This document shows positions 33,519 to 48,750 of a DNA stretch of 64,000 nucleotides, piece after piece. Below the pieces are notes generated by a model that did no database searches, was not told the DNA's origin, and saw only the letters and a program-made list of their open reading frames with translations. How positions within the stretch are numbered: the first letter of the stretch is position 1; every line of letters begins with the position of its first letter. The position numbers and the translations under genes are program-made. Where the stretch lies: assembly GCA_012295275.1 (NCBI GenBank), contig CM022674.1, positions 10,478,001 through 10,542,000 on the forward strand, read 5' to 3'. The DNA comes from Chrysomallon squamiferum (Eukaryota; Animalia; Mollusca).

Positions 33519-35667
33519 TCAAAAATCAATACTGCCTCATTTACATTTAATTTTGTTTAGGGGTCGGGGGACCTAGCCTGTCAGCCAGACCCGGAGCTTT
33601 TCACGATTACTATTGATATTATGAAGATAGTCAATGTATTTTTAACACAGAGTATTAATATTTTAAATAAGGCTTCAGAAAAATAATAATAATACAGATA
33701 AAAATACAGATAAATAAATGGAAATAACTGAAACTACTTTATATTACTTGTCAGTACTTAATATACACAACATTCACTTGTACATATTTAAATATAAATC
33801 ATATGTGTTCGGTCAGAATTAATTAATTACATATTTTATTGAAATGGAGCCTACATGTCCCATTTGATGTAGTACTACATAATTTAAAACACCAAATAAC
33901 GAACAATAAACTTATGAATAATATAAAAAGGAAAAACCATCCAAGTTGTGAATTATTTTTCCTAAACTCAGTTTTGATATTATTAAAGATTTAAAGACAA
34001 ATATAATATTAATTCACCCGATTTATAAGTTAATTTGTTTCATTAATCATAATTTTTTTATGTTATTATTTTTGGATCATCATTACTATTTGATAATGTT
34101 CATGTTACTAACGCGATTCGTTTCATCAAGAACGAGGACTCTGCTATGTCACCAAATATGACTGTGAGACTTACCTCCCTTATACGATGCTGAAGCCCTT
34201 CGACGTCGTAGGTTCGTAAAACGAACCAAAGTTTCAGAGATCGAAACCGCCTGCTTAAAGGTATTCCCCAGTGCTGATAAATAAACAAATTATCAATCAA
34301 TTAATTGTCTGATGACTATATTGAACTTACGACCCTAAGTAAACATCAGGTATAGATATATAGATATGTGGATTCTTTTCCGACTGGCTTTAATGGAAAA
34401 CAACCCAGGTAGTGAAATGATCATACGATTTCGTTAAACTCTCTCAGCATAAATAACGATGAAAAATCAATATAGATTAATTAATTAATATTCACTTACT
34501 CTGAAGTCAATTGCTTGGTCTCCATGTTTATGTTGTAGATAGAGTGGATCAACAGTTAGAGCTCCCGATAATGTGTCCTGTTCTCTCACCCTGCAATAAA
34601 TATATACATAGACAAAAAAAACACAGATACGAACAGATAGACTGACATAATGATTTAGACTGACAGATACATATATACTTATACATACACAGAGATAGAC
34701 AAATATATACATATATCCATATATATATAGAGAGATAGATGAATGAATAAATTAACAAACACATTGATAAATTAATGAATAAATGAATAAATAAATAGAC
34801 AAAGAGACCGACGCACAGATAAACCAGATCAACAGATAGATAGATAGATATATAAATATACAAACTGTAGAATGAATTAATAAACAAATAAATAAATAAA
34901 CGAACACAAATGTAAATATTTGAGTAAACAGTCAAATAAGTAAGTAAATAAGTAAGTTAGTAAGTAAATAAATAAGAAAAAGTGTAAATATCTCAATAAG
35001 CTAACAAACAAACAAACAAAAAGTAAAAAGTAAATAATAAAAACCTGCAAAAATCATGTAACCAGATACATAAATTAATTCATCATAAACTAACTTACCA
35101 CATTAATGAACAGTCAAAATTTATTTGTAACCATTTATTGGTGTTGAAATTCAGAGAGTTGGCATTCTACAAAGTAAAACAAAAATCTGAATGAACACAT
35201 TAGTAAAAGTAACTGTTTAAAATGTCGACCTTTGACCTACATGGGTGTAAAGAAGCTAATAAACTTGAAATTAATGTCTCTCCTTAATCACGTTGTTATT
35301 TTTATATGTGAGATTGCTTGTAGTTTATATAAAAAAATATATATATATTTTTCTTAATTAATATTAGTAGTAGTAGTAGTAGTAGTAGCAGTAGTAGTAT
35401 TGTTGTTGTTTTTGTCATTGTTTATATATAAATATATTCTATTTGGTTTAGAATATGCAACAGTGCTTAATGGATTGGGGTATTTAGATTTACAAATTGT
35501 ATTGTATGAATAGGTTACTCTAATGTGTTTCTTTCTTTTTCTTTCTTTCCTTCTTTCTTTCCCTCTTTCTTTCTTTCTTTCTTTCTTTATTTATTTATTT
35601 ATTACTTCTACTACTACTGCTACTATTACAGTACTAGTACTATTATTATTACTGCTATTATTATTGC

Positions 35668-35698
<31 letters not shown>

Positions 35699-36286
35699 TA
35701 ATCTCAAATACCTCAACCCCTTTTAAAAGATGTTGAAATTCAGGACAGATGAAGGCGTTGCCGGCGTATGCAGCGTCGACGTGAAGCCAGACGTCCTCTT
35801 TGGCGCACACCTCACCAATTTCCTCCAGGTTGTCGAATGAACAGCAAGCCGTCGTCCCCAACGTAGCACACACCTACAAAACAAAAGTCAGAGGATAATA
35901 ATAAACATAACGTAAACAAGTACAAAACATGCAAACAAGCAAATACACAAAAACGCAAACACAAACAAACAAACAAAAAAAAGCCCATAGAAACAAACAA
36001 ATGAATAAATAAACAAATAAGTAAATATATAAATAAATAAGTAAACAAATACATAAATGTATTACACTAAAGGCGTTATAATTATATATATATATATATA
36101 TATATAATACTAACTGCACGGCAAAATAAATAATTAAAATTTAGAAAACAAACAAACGTAAAACCAAAACGATAATAAACAAGATCAGAGACATGCATAT
36201 ACGGGCATCTTTAAATATGCAAAAACACGCAAACGCACACCAAAAATACTTACGTAGAAAGGTATCAGTCCCAGTCCACGATCTTC
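32991..36286 (-). pseudogene. Tdc: Tyrosine decarboxylase (group II PLP decarboxylase), 5' exons absent and internal deletion
   Basis: Exons 36286-36254 (EDRGLGLIPFY), 35873-35712 ([25 protein letters not shown]), 35166-35099 (NFNTNKWLQINFDCSLMW, PLP lysine), 34590-34500 (LTVDPLYLQH..IDFR), 34273-34175 ([20 protein letters not shown]), 33435-32991 (HVRLAKLFE..GEVTMGLV fused out of frame to ITYAWDVI..KMVSDPK). NKW, HWGIPLS and MVSDPK favour TDC over DDC (PHKW) or HDC (PSKW). Confidence 0.9.
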
Positions 36287-36577
36287 CTTTAAAAACAAGT
36301 AGATAAAAATATTTAATATTAAACATAAAAAAATAACTTATTTCTGTTATGATAATACTTTTAAAAATCGTTAAAACTATTTAACATTAATAATACAAAC
36401 GTAATTTACACTAATGTTACAACAGTGTCTGTATTTAAAACGTGACAAATTATTTATTTATGTTTTATTTTTATTTTTTACTATTATATTTTTTGTGCAA
36501 TATTTAACTAATGTTATAAAATAAAAATATTTTACATTGAAATTTTAATACTTATTATATTTTAAAATACAAAAATG

Positions 36578-36691
<114 letters not shown>

Positions 36692-37264
36692 CGTAAGTCT
36701 CAGTCGAACGTTTAATTATATTTAGATTAGCGTGGTTAACAGTGAATATTTGACAGTTCGCGCTGTTTGAAACACTCACAGTTTACGTTAATGATCCATT
36801 TTACTTATGAATTCTACAGCAAACACTACAGAAATACATATTTAAAATCCAAAATCTACAGTAAACATTAACACAAAATTAATATTTAATATCCAGGGAT
36901 CAGCTAGCGAGTGTGTGCTGGTAGCCTCTGCCTATCTCCACGTACAACTGTCTGTCTGTGCACACTATATATTTGTACATATATATTATTTCATTACGTT
37001 ATTGTCTCTTTCTCTTTCTGTATGTATATACTCAATGTACTTGTAACTATAGCTATGTATATACAAATGCATTGGTGTATTATTATTTGTATGACGCATA
37101 CGTAATACAGTTTCTCTCTTTCTCTCTCTACATATTTATCACAAAGGTGTATGTTAAAATACTAATTTATTCTGATTATTTTGTTATTTCTAAGTGTTCA
37201 GTTACTTGTATTTGACAATAAACTAAATATGTTCAGTAAACACACTCCACTGCTCATCTACATA

Positions 37265-37335
37265 ACGACAGCTGCGCGTACGCGTGGCTGGGTACTGAGA
37301 TACCGCAGATATCTTACAATGACGTCACGACATAG
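37265..37335. promoter_or_regulatory. CpG-rich patch with a perfect CRE palindrome
   Basis: TGACGTCA at 37320-37327; palindrome CGCGTACGCG at 37275-37284. Confidence 0.35.
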
Positions 37336-37703
37336 AAAGTAGTCATAACACGAAAAAGTGAAATATTTATATGTAATTACTGTAGGCTTTTAACATATAG
37401 TGTTGTCGTCGTCGTCGTTGTTGTTGTTTGTATTATTATTTGTATTATTATTATTATTATTAGTAGTAGTAGTAGTAGTAGTATTATTATTGATGTTGTT
37501 GTTGTTGTTGTCTACTTTTAGCTCGATGATATTACCGATGACGATGGTGATGATGATAATGATAACAATAAACTAATATAATATTCACCATCAACATACA
37601 CATAATATGTATAACCATTCATTTAGAAAGAGATGCAAAGATATCCATCCATCCATACATACATGCATGGAAACATGCATACATACTGGGATACGTGAAC
37701 AAT

Positions 37704-37734
<31 letters not shown>

Positions 37735-38609
37735 CGTTGTTGTTTTCTCGACAGCGGAACGGTAACATCATGCGCCTTCCGAGTACGGGCGAATGGGTGT
37801 CATACGTTCAAGTTTCCTCAGCGGCATCTGACGGAGTTTGTGAGGTCGTGACCGGACTTTGTTTCCTGAGCCAGTGCGTAACCGAATATTATCTATGTGC
37901 AGAGTCTAATCAAATGTACATAAGACGGAAAATATTCAAATCATAAAATACATACTTGCATATATACAGTCACAAACATAAATAATGTGTAAATACATGG
38001 ACATATTTATAAATATAATTTATTTTCTAATTTAACACAGATGTTAACATTTCAAAGCTGCAATTATTGAAGACAAAATTTAAATAGAATAATAACAACT
38101 ACTTACAATGTACGGAAGATGGTTGCTGCAAGCACAGATGGTGAACACACACATTAACAATCGACAACGATCTTAAGAAAACGTTAGTTCGTTGTATTTC
38201 GAATGTGCTGTCTGATTCACTCCGTTGTTTGTCACCGACGACGTCGACGGCAACAGCTTGGTATCCAGGGTGCATATGAAACAGATACACAGAGCGAAAA
38301 ACGTGAGAATAACAAAAAAAAAAATGCAAACCGGTCACCAATACGGAAGGAATCTGCAATGGTCCACGCTTGCAAGGCTGTCGTTGATGGCTTCTATACA
38401 TGGTAAGATCCCCTCTAGAATTGCCAGAAACCAAATCCCTGACAATACGAACTTGACAACTTAGGTGGTCTAAATTGACTCTTAACAAGATCCAGACAAA
38501 ACTTTATTGGCAAAGCACTAGATCCAACTTTGAAAAACTGTTTTTGTAGAAACAGAAACTGTTTCTTTTGAATTTTAAAATACAGTATAAACAATTACCT
38601 GTTTCACTT

Positions 38610-38770
38610 AAAAGCGACCATGCTTTGTGGATGCGAGGAAAAGCTATCGATCGTTGTTTCTCAGGGGCTCGCTGCGCATGCCTAGTAGCTATCAAAATAT
38701 GTTACCCTGACGTTGATCGCAAGAATTGTATTGGTCGTTTGCTTCGTTTATATTCATCGAAATCTTAATT
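38610..38770. promoter_or_regulatory. Putative promoter
   Basis: CpG-rich; NRF1-like TGCGCATGC near 38673; ATTGG (CCAAT box) near 38730; a candidate + strand exon follows at 39173-39246. Confidence 0.3.
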
Positions 38771-38881
38771 TGGCCTACTTTATGCCACTATGTAAAAAAA
38801 AAAAAAAAATAAAATAAATAATATAAATACTGTCATAAAGGTATTTAGGTAACTAAAGATAATATTGTATAATAATACTGT

Positions 38882-38932
<51 letters not shown>

Positions 38933-39536
38933 GGGACAACAACAATAAATTATAATACCAGGAACGAAAACAAAGGCGATAATTGTTATTAATACCCACT
39001 GCAATAACTGTTATTTGGTTGGTTTATAAGTAGACAACATAAATATATGTATATTAACCATATCAAATAATTATTTCACATTTCATCTAGTTTGTTAGCT
39101 AACGTTGTTATGTACAGTGTTTAAGTATATTCATTTGTTCGTAAAGATTATATCATAATATATTATCCGCAGGAATATCTTGAAATATCCAGTCTGGTGA
39201 TCGTCCAGACAACATAGATTTTCCCTCTGTCATAGCCGAAACTCAGGTATTAAATTCCCCTAATGATCTCCACATTAATGAGAATCAGTTTTGTAAACAT
39301 TTAGTTCTGATCCTGTCACTGAGACAATACGTGCCCTCTCACTTGAATGTAACAGCTGATGCAGTATCAGACATCATCAAGGACAGGATGTGGTCAGTAT
39401 AGTAATTCTCATATCCTACCAGCCTCTCTGTTCTTTTTCTCTGACTTCGTTCAAACTCGGGTTCTTTTGGCTCAGATACTACTGAGGGATCTCAGTAACA
39501 GAGGCAATTCAGTACTGAGATCAGTAATGTGTTCTA

Positions 39537-39664
<128 letters not shown>

Positions 39665-41164
39665 ACAATGTATTCTATAGTTTAAATTATTATTAAATGA
39701 TTTTGCATTGCGAATAATGGGAAACATTTTAAGGCGGGAAAGGTGTAAAATAGAAAAATAATAAGAATTGTTTCCTATTCTGTGCAGGTCAGTATTTATT
39801 TTTTTAAATGGAGTAATCAGTGGAGCAAGTGCTGGCAGAATAAGTTATGATCAGTCTCCTGTAGGGCTTTCTTATCTTTGGGATAAACAAACAAATTAGT
39901 GAGTTTCTCACTTAATTCATTATTAAATATGACATCTATAATATTAAACTCGTTATTATTTAACTGATAGTTTAGTTCATGCACTGTATTAATATAAATA
40001 TTATTACAGAAATCATCTTGTTTTACTATTGTCCCACTTTTTGGTTTCTCAAAAATTTGTAAATCAATATATTTTTCAATAACAATTTTTACGTTCTGTG
40101 TAGATTTTACAGTAATCCACAAAACTAGAGTTTTTACAGGTATATTTACCTAAATGTCTCTATTCTCCAACATGCCTGTTTAAAATATGTAAACTAGTAA
40201 ATTTAAACAAATTGCAAAGTGTATTGCCAAACTTATCTTCTTTTTCTTGGTGTCCATACTTTTTCTTTTAAGAGAAATATTATGTAGTTCTAAAGTGTAG
40301 GAGCCATCAAATTGTTCAATACTTCCATTTTCTGTGTTATGAATTACACAGTGATCGTCAGAAACGTGGTATTAAAACCAACCGGTTAATCAAATGATTT
40401 CATAGTTAGCTGTCATAATTAGAAGTTAATTCAGACATTATAACTTTTACATATATTGCAAGATTACTTTTTATAAAAAGAGCAGTACTGCACCTATTTG
40501 AGATAGATATCCTATTTTGTGTATACAGCATCTGAAATTCTGGTACTTCTGTTTGGTCACAATCATGTTGTTGCCAGCCAGGGCCTATGAGGGTGGGGTC
40601 CAGCCGATACTTTGGTCTGGGGCCCAAGAGCTAAGCTAGGCCTCAAGGCAACCATGCATATGCTTGTTTCATTATGTTATTTCTGATTCTCATCATTGAG
40701 AAAACAATCATTGCCTGTCTCGGGGCCCAAAAGGGGTCTTTGTATAGCGTTTCAAAATTTCTCTTGGAGACCCTGCTGTCAACCATCTCTATAATTTCAA
40801 ACTCTGGCAGATGAAAGAATGGGTAAGCTAAGGTAATGTCATTTGAAAGTATAAAACAACAAAATAGTTTAACATATAATTTCAATAATTATATTTGTCC
40901 ATTAAATTCTGGCAATTTTATTTTTCTTTTTTTTATTTTCTTAACGTTTTTGTTCTGCTTTATATCATCCAACAATAAGAAAGACTTTTACGTTCAATTG
41001 TTTTGGAATTTCTTTAAATTTATGTATAGAGAGATTTCAACATACCAGAAAAACCCAACTTTTAAATTAAATCTGATATAGGAATTCTAGGATTATTATT
41101 GTTATTATTATTGTTATTGATGTTGTTATTATAGATATTAATCTTATTGTTATTACTATTATTA

Positions 41165-41238
<74 letters not shown>

Positions 41239-42599
41239 GATTACGGAAGAAAAAGCATGTTTGTGAGCCACCTCTGTTACCCGTTCTGACCACCATTGAT
41301 GTTTTCTCAGTTAAAATGTGGAGTAGTAAAAAAGTAAAAACCTGGTTACTGAAAAACAATACTACAAAGTAATCTTCTTAGAAGCAGGAACTGGATATTA
41401 GGTTTTCAAATTTATTTTTTTGATGATAACAACAAAGTACATGAATATGCTTAATGTAACTTCGAGATATTGTTTCAATTTGTTAACAGAAACCACACTT
41501 TGCTAACAATAAATATTTTAAGCTGGTATTATACTGTTGTAAAAATATAGTTTAAGCACGTTTTGTGTGGAACCAAATGATTATTTAATTAAAAAAATGA
41601 AATCACTAACCTTTGTTAATAATAAATTATGATATCAGAAATATAATTATGTTCTTTACGAATATTATCGCCTTTATTGTGATGTCGTGCACTGACTGTG
41701 CAAAGAAAAAAACGCTTTCTAGACTAAAGATATGGCCACCTTTTAATGATTTATTCAGTCTGTTATTTTTTATTTAGATATTTAAAAAAAACCTGTAAGT
41801 ATGTTAGAAGATTGATTAAACAGACAGTGTAGTAATTTTACATTTCTATCTTTAATTCTGAATAAAAGTTGATGCAGAGGTTTGTTCTAAGAACCTGCTA
41901 GATGAAGTATGTGGATTAATTGTTATAGTACTGTTGAAATGTTAATTTTGTTGTGTGTTTGCGTGTGTGTGCATGTATGCGTGTGTGTGCGTTTCTTGTG
42001 GGCATACGCATGTGTGTGTTTTCTTTCTTTCAATATTTTGATCATATTTCATTATTTTTTTCTGGGGTTTTTATACATTTTATTTTAGTGAAAGTCTTCA
42101 CACTTTGTCAGGAAAGGAAGTGATCTTTTTGAAATAAGTAAAACGGCAGCTAAACACACTGAACCTTTTTTCAATAATTTAATATTAGTACAGTGAAAAG
42201 ACATTTTTAGCTTCATCCTTGCAGAATGGTTCATGGTTGATTGTAGTAAGGAAATTTAACAAAATATACAGTGTCTCAGGAAAAAGAAAGAATGTTTTTT
42301 TTTCTACTTGTTTTTCTTATTCTCTGACTACCTGTTTTAGTAATTTTATTTTGAAATTGAAATATTATCTTTATTTCAGACAGCTGAGTTTTACTTCCAG
42401 ACTTTGAAAACAGAACTAAAACTGAAGTCGATAAACAGCATCATGGAACTCACTAATCTTCTCAAAACTATTCAACAGCCAAGATGATTTTTCTGTCTCT
42501 CTTTTTGTATAAAGTATCTCTCTCTAACCTTATTTGAATTTATTTTCTGTCTTACTCTTGGCTTACTGTTTCTTTGTGGCTAGCAAGGTTTTTCCTGGG

Positions 42600-42641
<42 letters not shown>

Positions 42642-42964
42642 GCTGCTGTTGTTGTTGTTGTTATTTCATATAATTACTGTTATTAATGTTATTACTATTA
42701 TTGTTACTGTTATCATTTTTATTACTATTGTTATTATGGTTGATGTTTTGTTATTTTATTTTATTTTGGTTTATTACTGTATAGTCTCTATGATAAAATA
42801 CATTTAAAAAATCAAAAAACAAAAAAACAAAAAACAAAAAACATACAGAAATGTAATGCATGTTACCATGAAATGTCAGGCTTTAATCTGATTCATGTGA
42901 TGATAAATCTTTAAATTCTGCAACGAACTTTTTTTTCTTTTTTCTTTCTTTTTTCTTTTTTTTT

Positions 42965-44628
42965 TCGTGAAGAAAATTAAGTATTTTTTTAACAGTTTCT
43001 TCTCTGTATAAAAATAAGTTTGGATATTTAGGAATACACTTATTAGTTAAAATAGCTTTTACTATAGCACAAACATATACCCCACAGTTACTTCTATCAA
43101 TCTGTCTGGCATTTCAGAGTAATTAACAAAAGTCCGTCTGGTTGATCTCTGTCACCATTCACTAAAATCTTCCGACCAAACCAACCACAATCTACTATAT
43201 GAATATGTTGATTTCTCAGGTGTTTTTTTTTAGAACAGACATGAATACATTGATGTGGCTGCCATTCAGGCAGCTATCATGTAGAAGAATGTGGTTTATG
43301 ACAGTTAAACAGTCAATGTGAGTGCTAACAACATATACCAATGTTTGCATCGCTATTGGTTTGTAATCATTGAAGTGTTCTCTTTGTATCTCACTCAATT
43401 GTTTCATACTAAAACGAAATATCTTTAATGATACACTGTTTATTATACTCTTGTCGTCAAATGATAACAATGATCTGCATGTGTGTAAATCTGTTACATT
43501 TATGTCATTTACAGGTTTCATTTCACAATTCTTAATTTCCAAACTATGAACTTCACAAAAACAAGAATCCATTTTCCAGTCTTTTCTGCCACATATGAAT
43601 TAAGCCTGTATGATGGTCCATCAAGTTCTGGCAGTCTTCACGTCATGTAATGTTATTTGGTTCGTTTCTTTGTTGTCTAACACTTCTACAGTCTGATACT
43701 ACTAAGACTTCGGTCAAACCAGGTTCTGTTCACTGTTGTTACTTGCCTTCATGATATGTTTAGTGATTAAACTTAAACCCAGGTACTGTTCACTGTTGTT
43801 ACTTGCCTTCATGATATGTTTGCTGACTTCACTCAAACCCAGGTACTGTTCACTGTTGTTACTTGCCTTCATGATATGTTTGCTGATTTCACTTAAACCC
43901 AGGTACTGTTCACTGTTGTTACTGGCCTTCATGATATGTTTAGAGACTTCCTGATTAGAAAATGCATTGACCTGAACAATGAAAAAATGTCAGAACATAC
44001 ATAATTTTCATTACATCCCTTGCCTGAATAATACTTTAAATGTAGTGTTTTATAGTTCTCAGCTATTGTAAGTGTAGCAAAAATACTCGTCTTAAATATA
44101 TGGTTTAAATTCAAATATAAACGTTCACATGACCTGTAACATTGAAATTCTTTCACGTTTTTGTATTTTGTGCCAAATATATAATTTGATGTCATTTTCT
44201 GTTTCCTAGTTCAAAATATCCTGGAACTAGAAAAAAATGTTCTTACAGAGTTGAATGTCACGTTTTATACCTTTGAAACCACTGCTGAGGCACCAAACAT
44301 TAATAATAATGGCAGTTGTAAATAATGGCAGTTGTTTGTCTACTCTATGACAGAATAACATGTAACATGTATGTACGATTAAAGTTGTCAGTTGAAAAAG
44401 ACAGATAATTATCATTACATGAAACAAACTGACCACAATGTTCAATAAGTGTGGTATTGTGACCTTGGTGACAGGAATCTCTTTGGTTTCAAACAAATTC
44501 TTCAGCTGATATATACTTTGTGCTTGTTCTATATTTTTACTCTGATCATTATTTTTCATGAACAAATTGTGAGGAACTTGAACATAATTTGAATTTGTTC
44601 TCATGTATTCACTCATCAAATAAAAATC
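42965..44628 (-). pseudogene. Decayed large exon of an unidentified protein
   Basis: Acceptor-like ttcacag near 44629; chain of same-strand ORF pieces (44227-44619, 43929-44195, 43714-43932, 43216-43572) in non-low-complexity sequence; no recognisable motif. Confidence 0.4.
43714..43942 (-). repeat. 60-bp tandem repeat, ~4 copies (KHIMKASNNSEQYLGLSEIS)
   Basis: Lines starting 43741, 43801 and 43861 are near-identical. Confidence 0.95.
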
Positions 44629-47600
44629 TGTGAATTGTGAAAATAAGAGTTGAAGGGAAAGAAACTAAAAGTTCATTAATAAACATTTATTATGTGACCA
44701 TATACAGATCTTTTCTACTGTCTTTGATTTAAGAAAATTATCAAATAACTGTTGTCCTGAAAAGTACCTTGTTTCTTAAAATGATCAGGTTTCTGTTTTG
44801 ATTTGGCCCACATTTCTGATATTGTTATATTTATTTTTTTACCAATTTGCTTCTTTATCTTCCTTTAATATTCTTTCACTTTCATACAATCTACCGCTGC
44901 CAATTGTTGCACCCCAACAGTTTGGTTTTCCATTTTTCTGCAACATCATCCAGTCTTTGTTGGCTTCTGCCTTGCAGTCCAATATATTTCAGAATTCTAA
45001 ACGTCCAAAACTTTACCTTGAACACTGTCAACACTTCGGTGGACGACCGCGATATTTTCTGTGCATGCGACCCGTAATTAACACAGTCGTAACGTAACCA
45101 AATTAGAACCCCGTAACAGCCGTAACACTGCTCCCCCAAATTACCACTAACTATACATACAAACCTCCCTGTATCAGGTAGATAGCTACCCGCTTTGGCT
45201 CGGCAGTGACGGTATTCAGGGAACAAGGGCAGATATGAATTTATATTTAGCCAATTTTAAATCACTAGAAACAACAACACAATTTTGGATTGAAAGAATG
45301 TATGTATTATATGATTTAATAATAGTTATTTACCCAGAAGTTTACAATGCTTACACAGCCGATTACAGTTTCGTGCCATAAAATTACTTTCACCACATAA
45401 ATGGACATACGGGGGATATCAAATATGTTTATCCCTCAAGGAAAAATACCAAACCCTAAGATGTATTTGAATATGCAAGTATATGAAAATAACCTACTAC
45501 TTAGCAGCATGATCAGATGTCCCACTATTCTACCCGCTGTTTAAGAGATAATAATTACAATTTACTTTGACTGGTCTGATTACATATTATCAGCCATTCT
45601 CCAACTAATGGTTATATTACTTCAAGCTATATGTAGTTAAATGATATTTGTTAGAAAACCACATCGAACTGCCTTTCAGTTGCTGAAACAGAGCCTTAAA
45701 AACGTATAGTTATCTAAGTCAGCTTGATCTATGTAACTGTCCATCTGAGGGTTAGCCACACGTCTGTTCTGTACGGTGTAAAAACTGATTGCCCCGAACA
45801 AAACACGATCTCTGCTTTTATTACCTAGGAAAGACCACATAGCGGCTCTTTTAAGATAGATGTCCCAGATGGAGTCGCGACTGGTTGGAACTTTTGCAGA
45901 CACAGGTGCCAAGGTTCCCCAAGACAACACCTAGAAAAATCTAACATCTATTACATATTAAACAGGAGACTGCTTTCTCCGTCACACTTAGCTTATATAA
46001 ATCTTAAGGTTACATATTAAAGAGCAGACTGCTGCCTCCCTTACAAACACTATGTCACTAGTGGATGTCAGAGGAGTCACAAGAACTCGTACAATGCATT
46101 ATTCCATTGTAGTGTTTTTTTTCTTGAATACAGGAACTATAGCTCATCTAATAAAGAAGAAAAAAGTCATTACATTTTATAAAACATATTTATTATGTTA
46201 ATTATTAACAACATTACAATGCATTCCGTATTAATAATTACCATTATAATGAAATGATACAAAAACCTAAAACAAATTAGTGAAACATTAAACTCTAAAT
46301 TAATATATTTCAACCCCATTCAAATTTAGTATTTAATCATTTAGCTAAGTTATATCGGTCACACACACATTAATTATAATTATTATATTTCTCATTTAGT
46401 ATTCAAAATAATAGAATCAAGGTTTACTTGTATGGATACTCTCACTTTTGTTACACATCCATTACACAAAGAAAGGTCATGGTCGAATTAACTGGTAATC
46501 AGATGTCCTGTATCTGGTATACAATAATGGATTCATCTTACCAGCTGTTCCGGAATCAGCTTAGGAAATAATTAAGCAATTAATCCCTATTACGATTTAC
46601 CAGAAGTCAAAAAAAAAATAATAATAAAACCAGGAAAGTTTAAACAAAACAGTTTAATTACTGGTAATACTGGAACGTTAGTTAATTTCCCGTTCCGCTA
46701 CTCCCAATAAAAACAACAGCCAAATAAAACCGCACTATCACGTGACATGCACAACCAATCTGACCAAGTATTTTGTTAATCTGATTTCCTGTTCCTGAAA
46801 GTCAAAACAAAAGCAATGAAATGAAATGAAAGTCGTCTCTCCTATCTCTCTGTGAAAATATATAATATTTATTAGTATTAAAGGGATTTTGTCCACTTTA
46901 TCAGTGTAAATTATTTCTAAAGATACGTGAGTATGCAGAATGAAATGAGAAAAGGTAAAAACAGAAAACAAAATAAGAATAAAAATATAAGTGGAGAAAG
47001 TGAACAGAAAATAAAGGTAAGCAGTAGCCAAGCTGGTCAAGAAGACATCATACTGAGGATGTCAAATACACAAGCAGTGAGCTTAAATGTTCATCTGCAC
47101 CATTTTATCAGTCAACAACAATGTTAATAAATGTACCCCTGGTTTTATGATCTATGATGATCTATATATATAATCTTTGTATTTCTATAAAAGTAAAAAT
47201 GATAACCTTTTCAAGGAACCTAATTTGCAAAACCCAAAACAAGATTTCCTAACAACTATATTATTTTTGCATGTTATTATTCTTCTTGGAACAACTTTGC
47301 AAAAGGTATTTTAGATGATTCTGGTTTAACATATCACAACTTTGATAATGTCAAATGATTACGTGAAACAATATCCAAAATATTACATGATCAACATCAA
47401 CAATTATGAAAAAATCATATTATAACGTCTTCAAAGGATATTAATTACAACATTTTTAAGAATGAACTGAAATTAGAAAACTATCTTACTTTGCTGTCTC
47501 AAAAAAAAAAATACTAATATCTTATGTAAATTTGGAACCGTGAATGCTAAACTTCCTATTGAAACCGGATGATGGTCTCATATTCTAATTAAAACCAGAA

Positions 47601-48428
47601 AATGTCATATTTGTAATCTTAACAAAATTGGAGATGACTATCACTATATAAAAATTAGGATCTTTATTTTTGTGTACTAGAAGATATTTTCCTAAGCTTT
47701 TTTCTTTCTTTCTTTCTACTATTATTATTACTGTAAATAAAGTTTTTATTTTTTTTATTAATAAAATTAAAAGTACTGTAACGATTACACTAATATTATT
47801 GGAATTGACTTAATTACACTTCAGCTGTAACTACTAGGTATGTAACAAATGGTATGTGTAACAAGTGATAGACAAACACCATTTGTTCATTTTCATCCAT
47901 TAATTAAAGAAACAGTTAATTGATAAAAAATGTAAGTTGTAGATTGAACTAAAGTTAGTTGATACACAAAATAAAGATAGTAAAAACATTCTATCATGCA
48001 AATTAAATAAGTAAAAAAGAATCAGTGTAATTAAAACCATATACAAGTATTTGCTATTCAGATTGTATCAGCATATTCTAATGATTAAATACATTGAAGT
48101 AAAAATAAATAAATATATTCCCAATTAATAGTAATGATAATAATATAAATAAACAAATAAATATATATTTAAAAAAAGTGTATGAAGATAAAATAAATGT
48201 ATGAAAAATATTAATTGAATACAATAGCCAAGTATTATAAACAATATATATATCCAAAAAAATTTGTATCAGTGTCTTAAAAACAATACATGAACTGACA
48301 CATTTCTTGTTTCATACAGTTTATGTAACAGTGGCATAACCAGCAAAGGTTAGCACATTAGACAATACTTTCTGTTTTCCATCACTGAAAAACAAACAAG
48401 TAAATTAAAAGTAAATCATTATAAAGCT

Positions 48429-48476
<48 letters not shown>

Positions 48477-48560
48477 GTAATAATGGCAACAAACACAATA
48501 CAAATAAATCATTATTAATAGAAAATAATTTCTCTAAGCAAACAATCACCAAGACAGGCA

Positions 48561-48750
48561 AAATAAATACAAGATATTTATACAAAACAATCACTCAGTG
48601 TAAGTCCAATACATTCCTCAAAAGTGTTTTTAATAAAAATAACTAATCACCAAATAAATAAATACAAGATATTTATACAAGACAATTACTCAGTGTAACT
48701 CCAACACATTCCTCAAAATTGTTTTTAATAAAAATAACTAATCACCAAAC
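48561..48750 (+). repeat. ~95-bp tandem duplication
   Basis: aaataaatacaagatatttatacaa..cagtgtaa..cattcctcaaaa..ctaatcaccaaa occurs twice. Confidence 0.9.

Noticed and set aside
37752-37946. GC-richer stretch after a polypyrimidine-AG, possible + strand exon
   Set aside because: No recognisable protein in any frame and no partner exons found.
39817-40340. Minus-strand ORF pieces faintly like a Polinton minor capsid (FDGSYTLE)
   Set aside because: One short motif only; not supportable without a profile search.
40575-40885. Possible hAT/MITE end and dimerisation-domain relic
   Set aside because: Similarity too weak and no paired TIR or TSD identified.
45676-45930. Possible tyrosine-recombinase (DIRS) fragment (LKRAAMWS)
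   Set aside because: No HxxR catalytic motif or other DIRS domains nearby.
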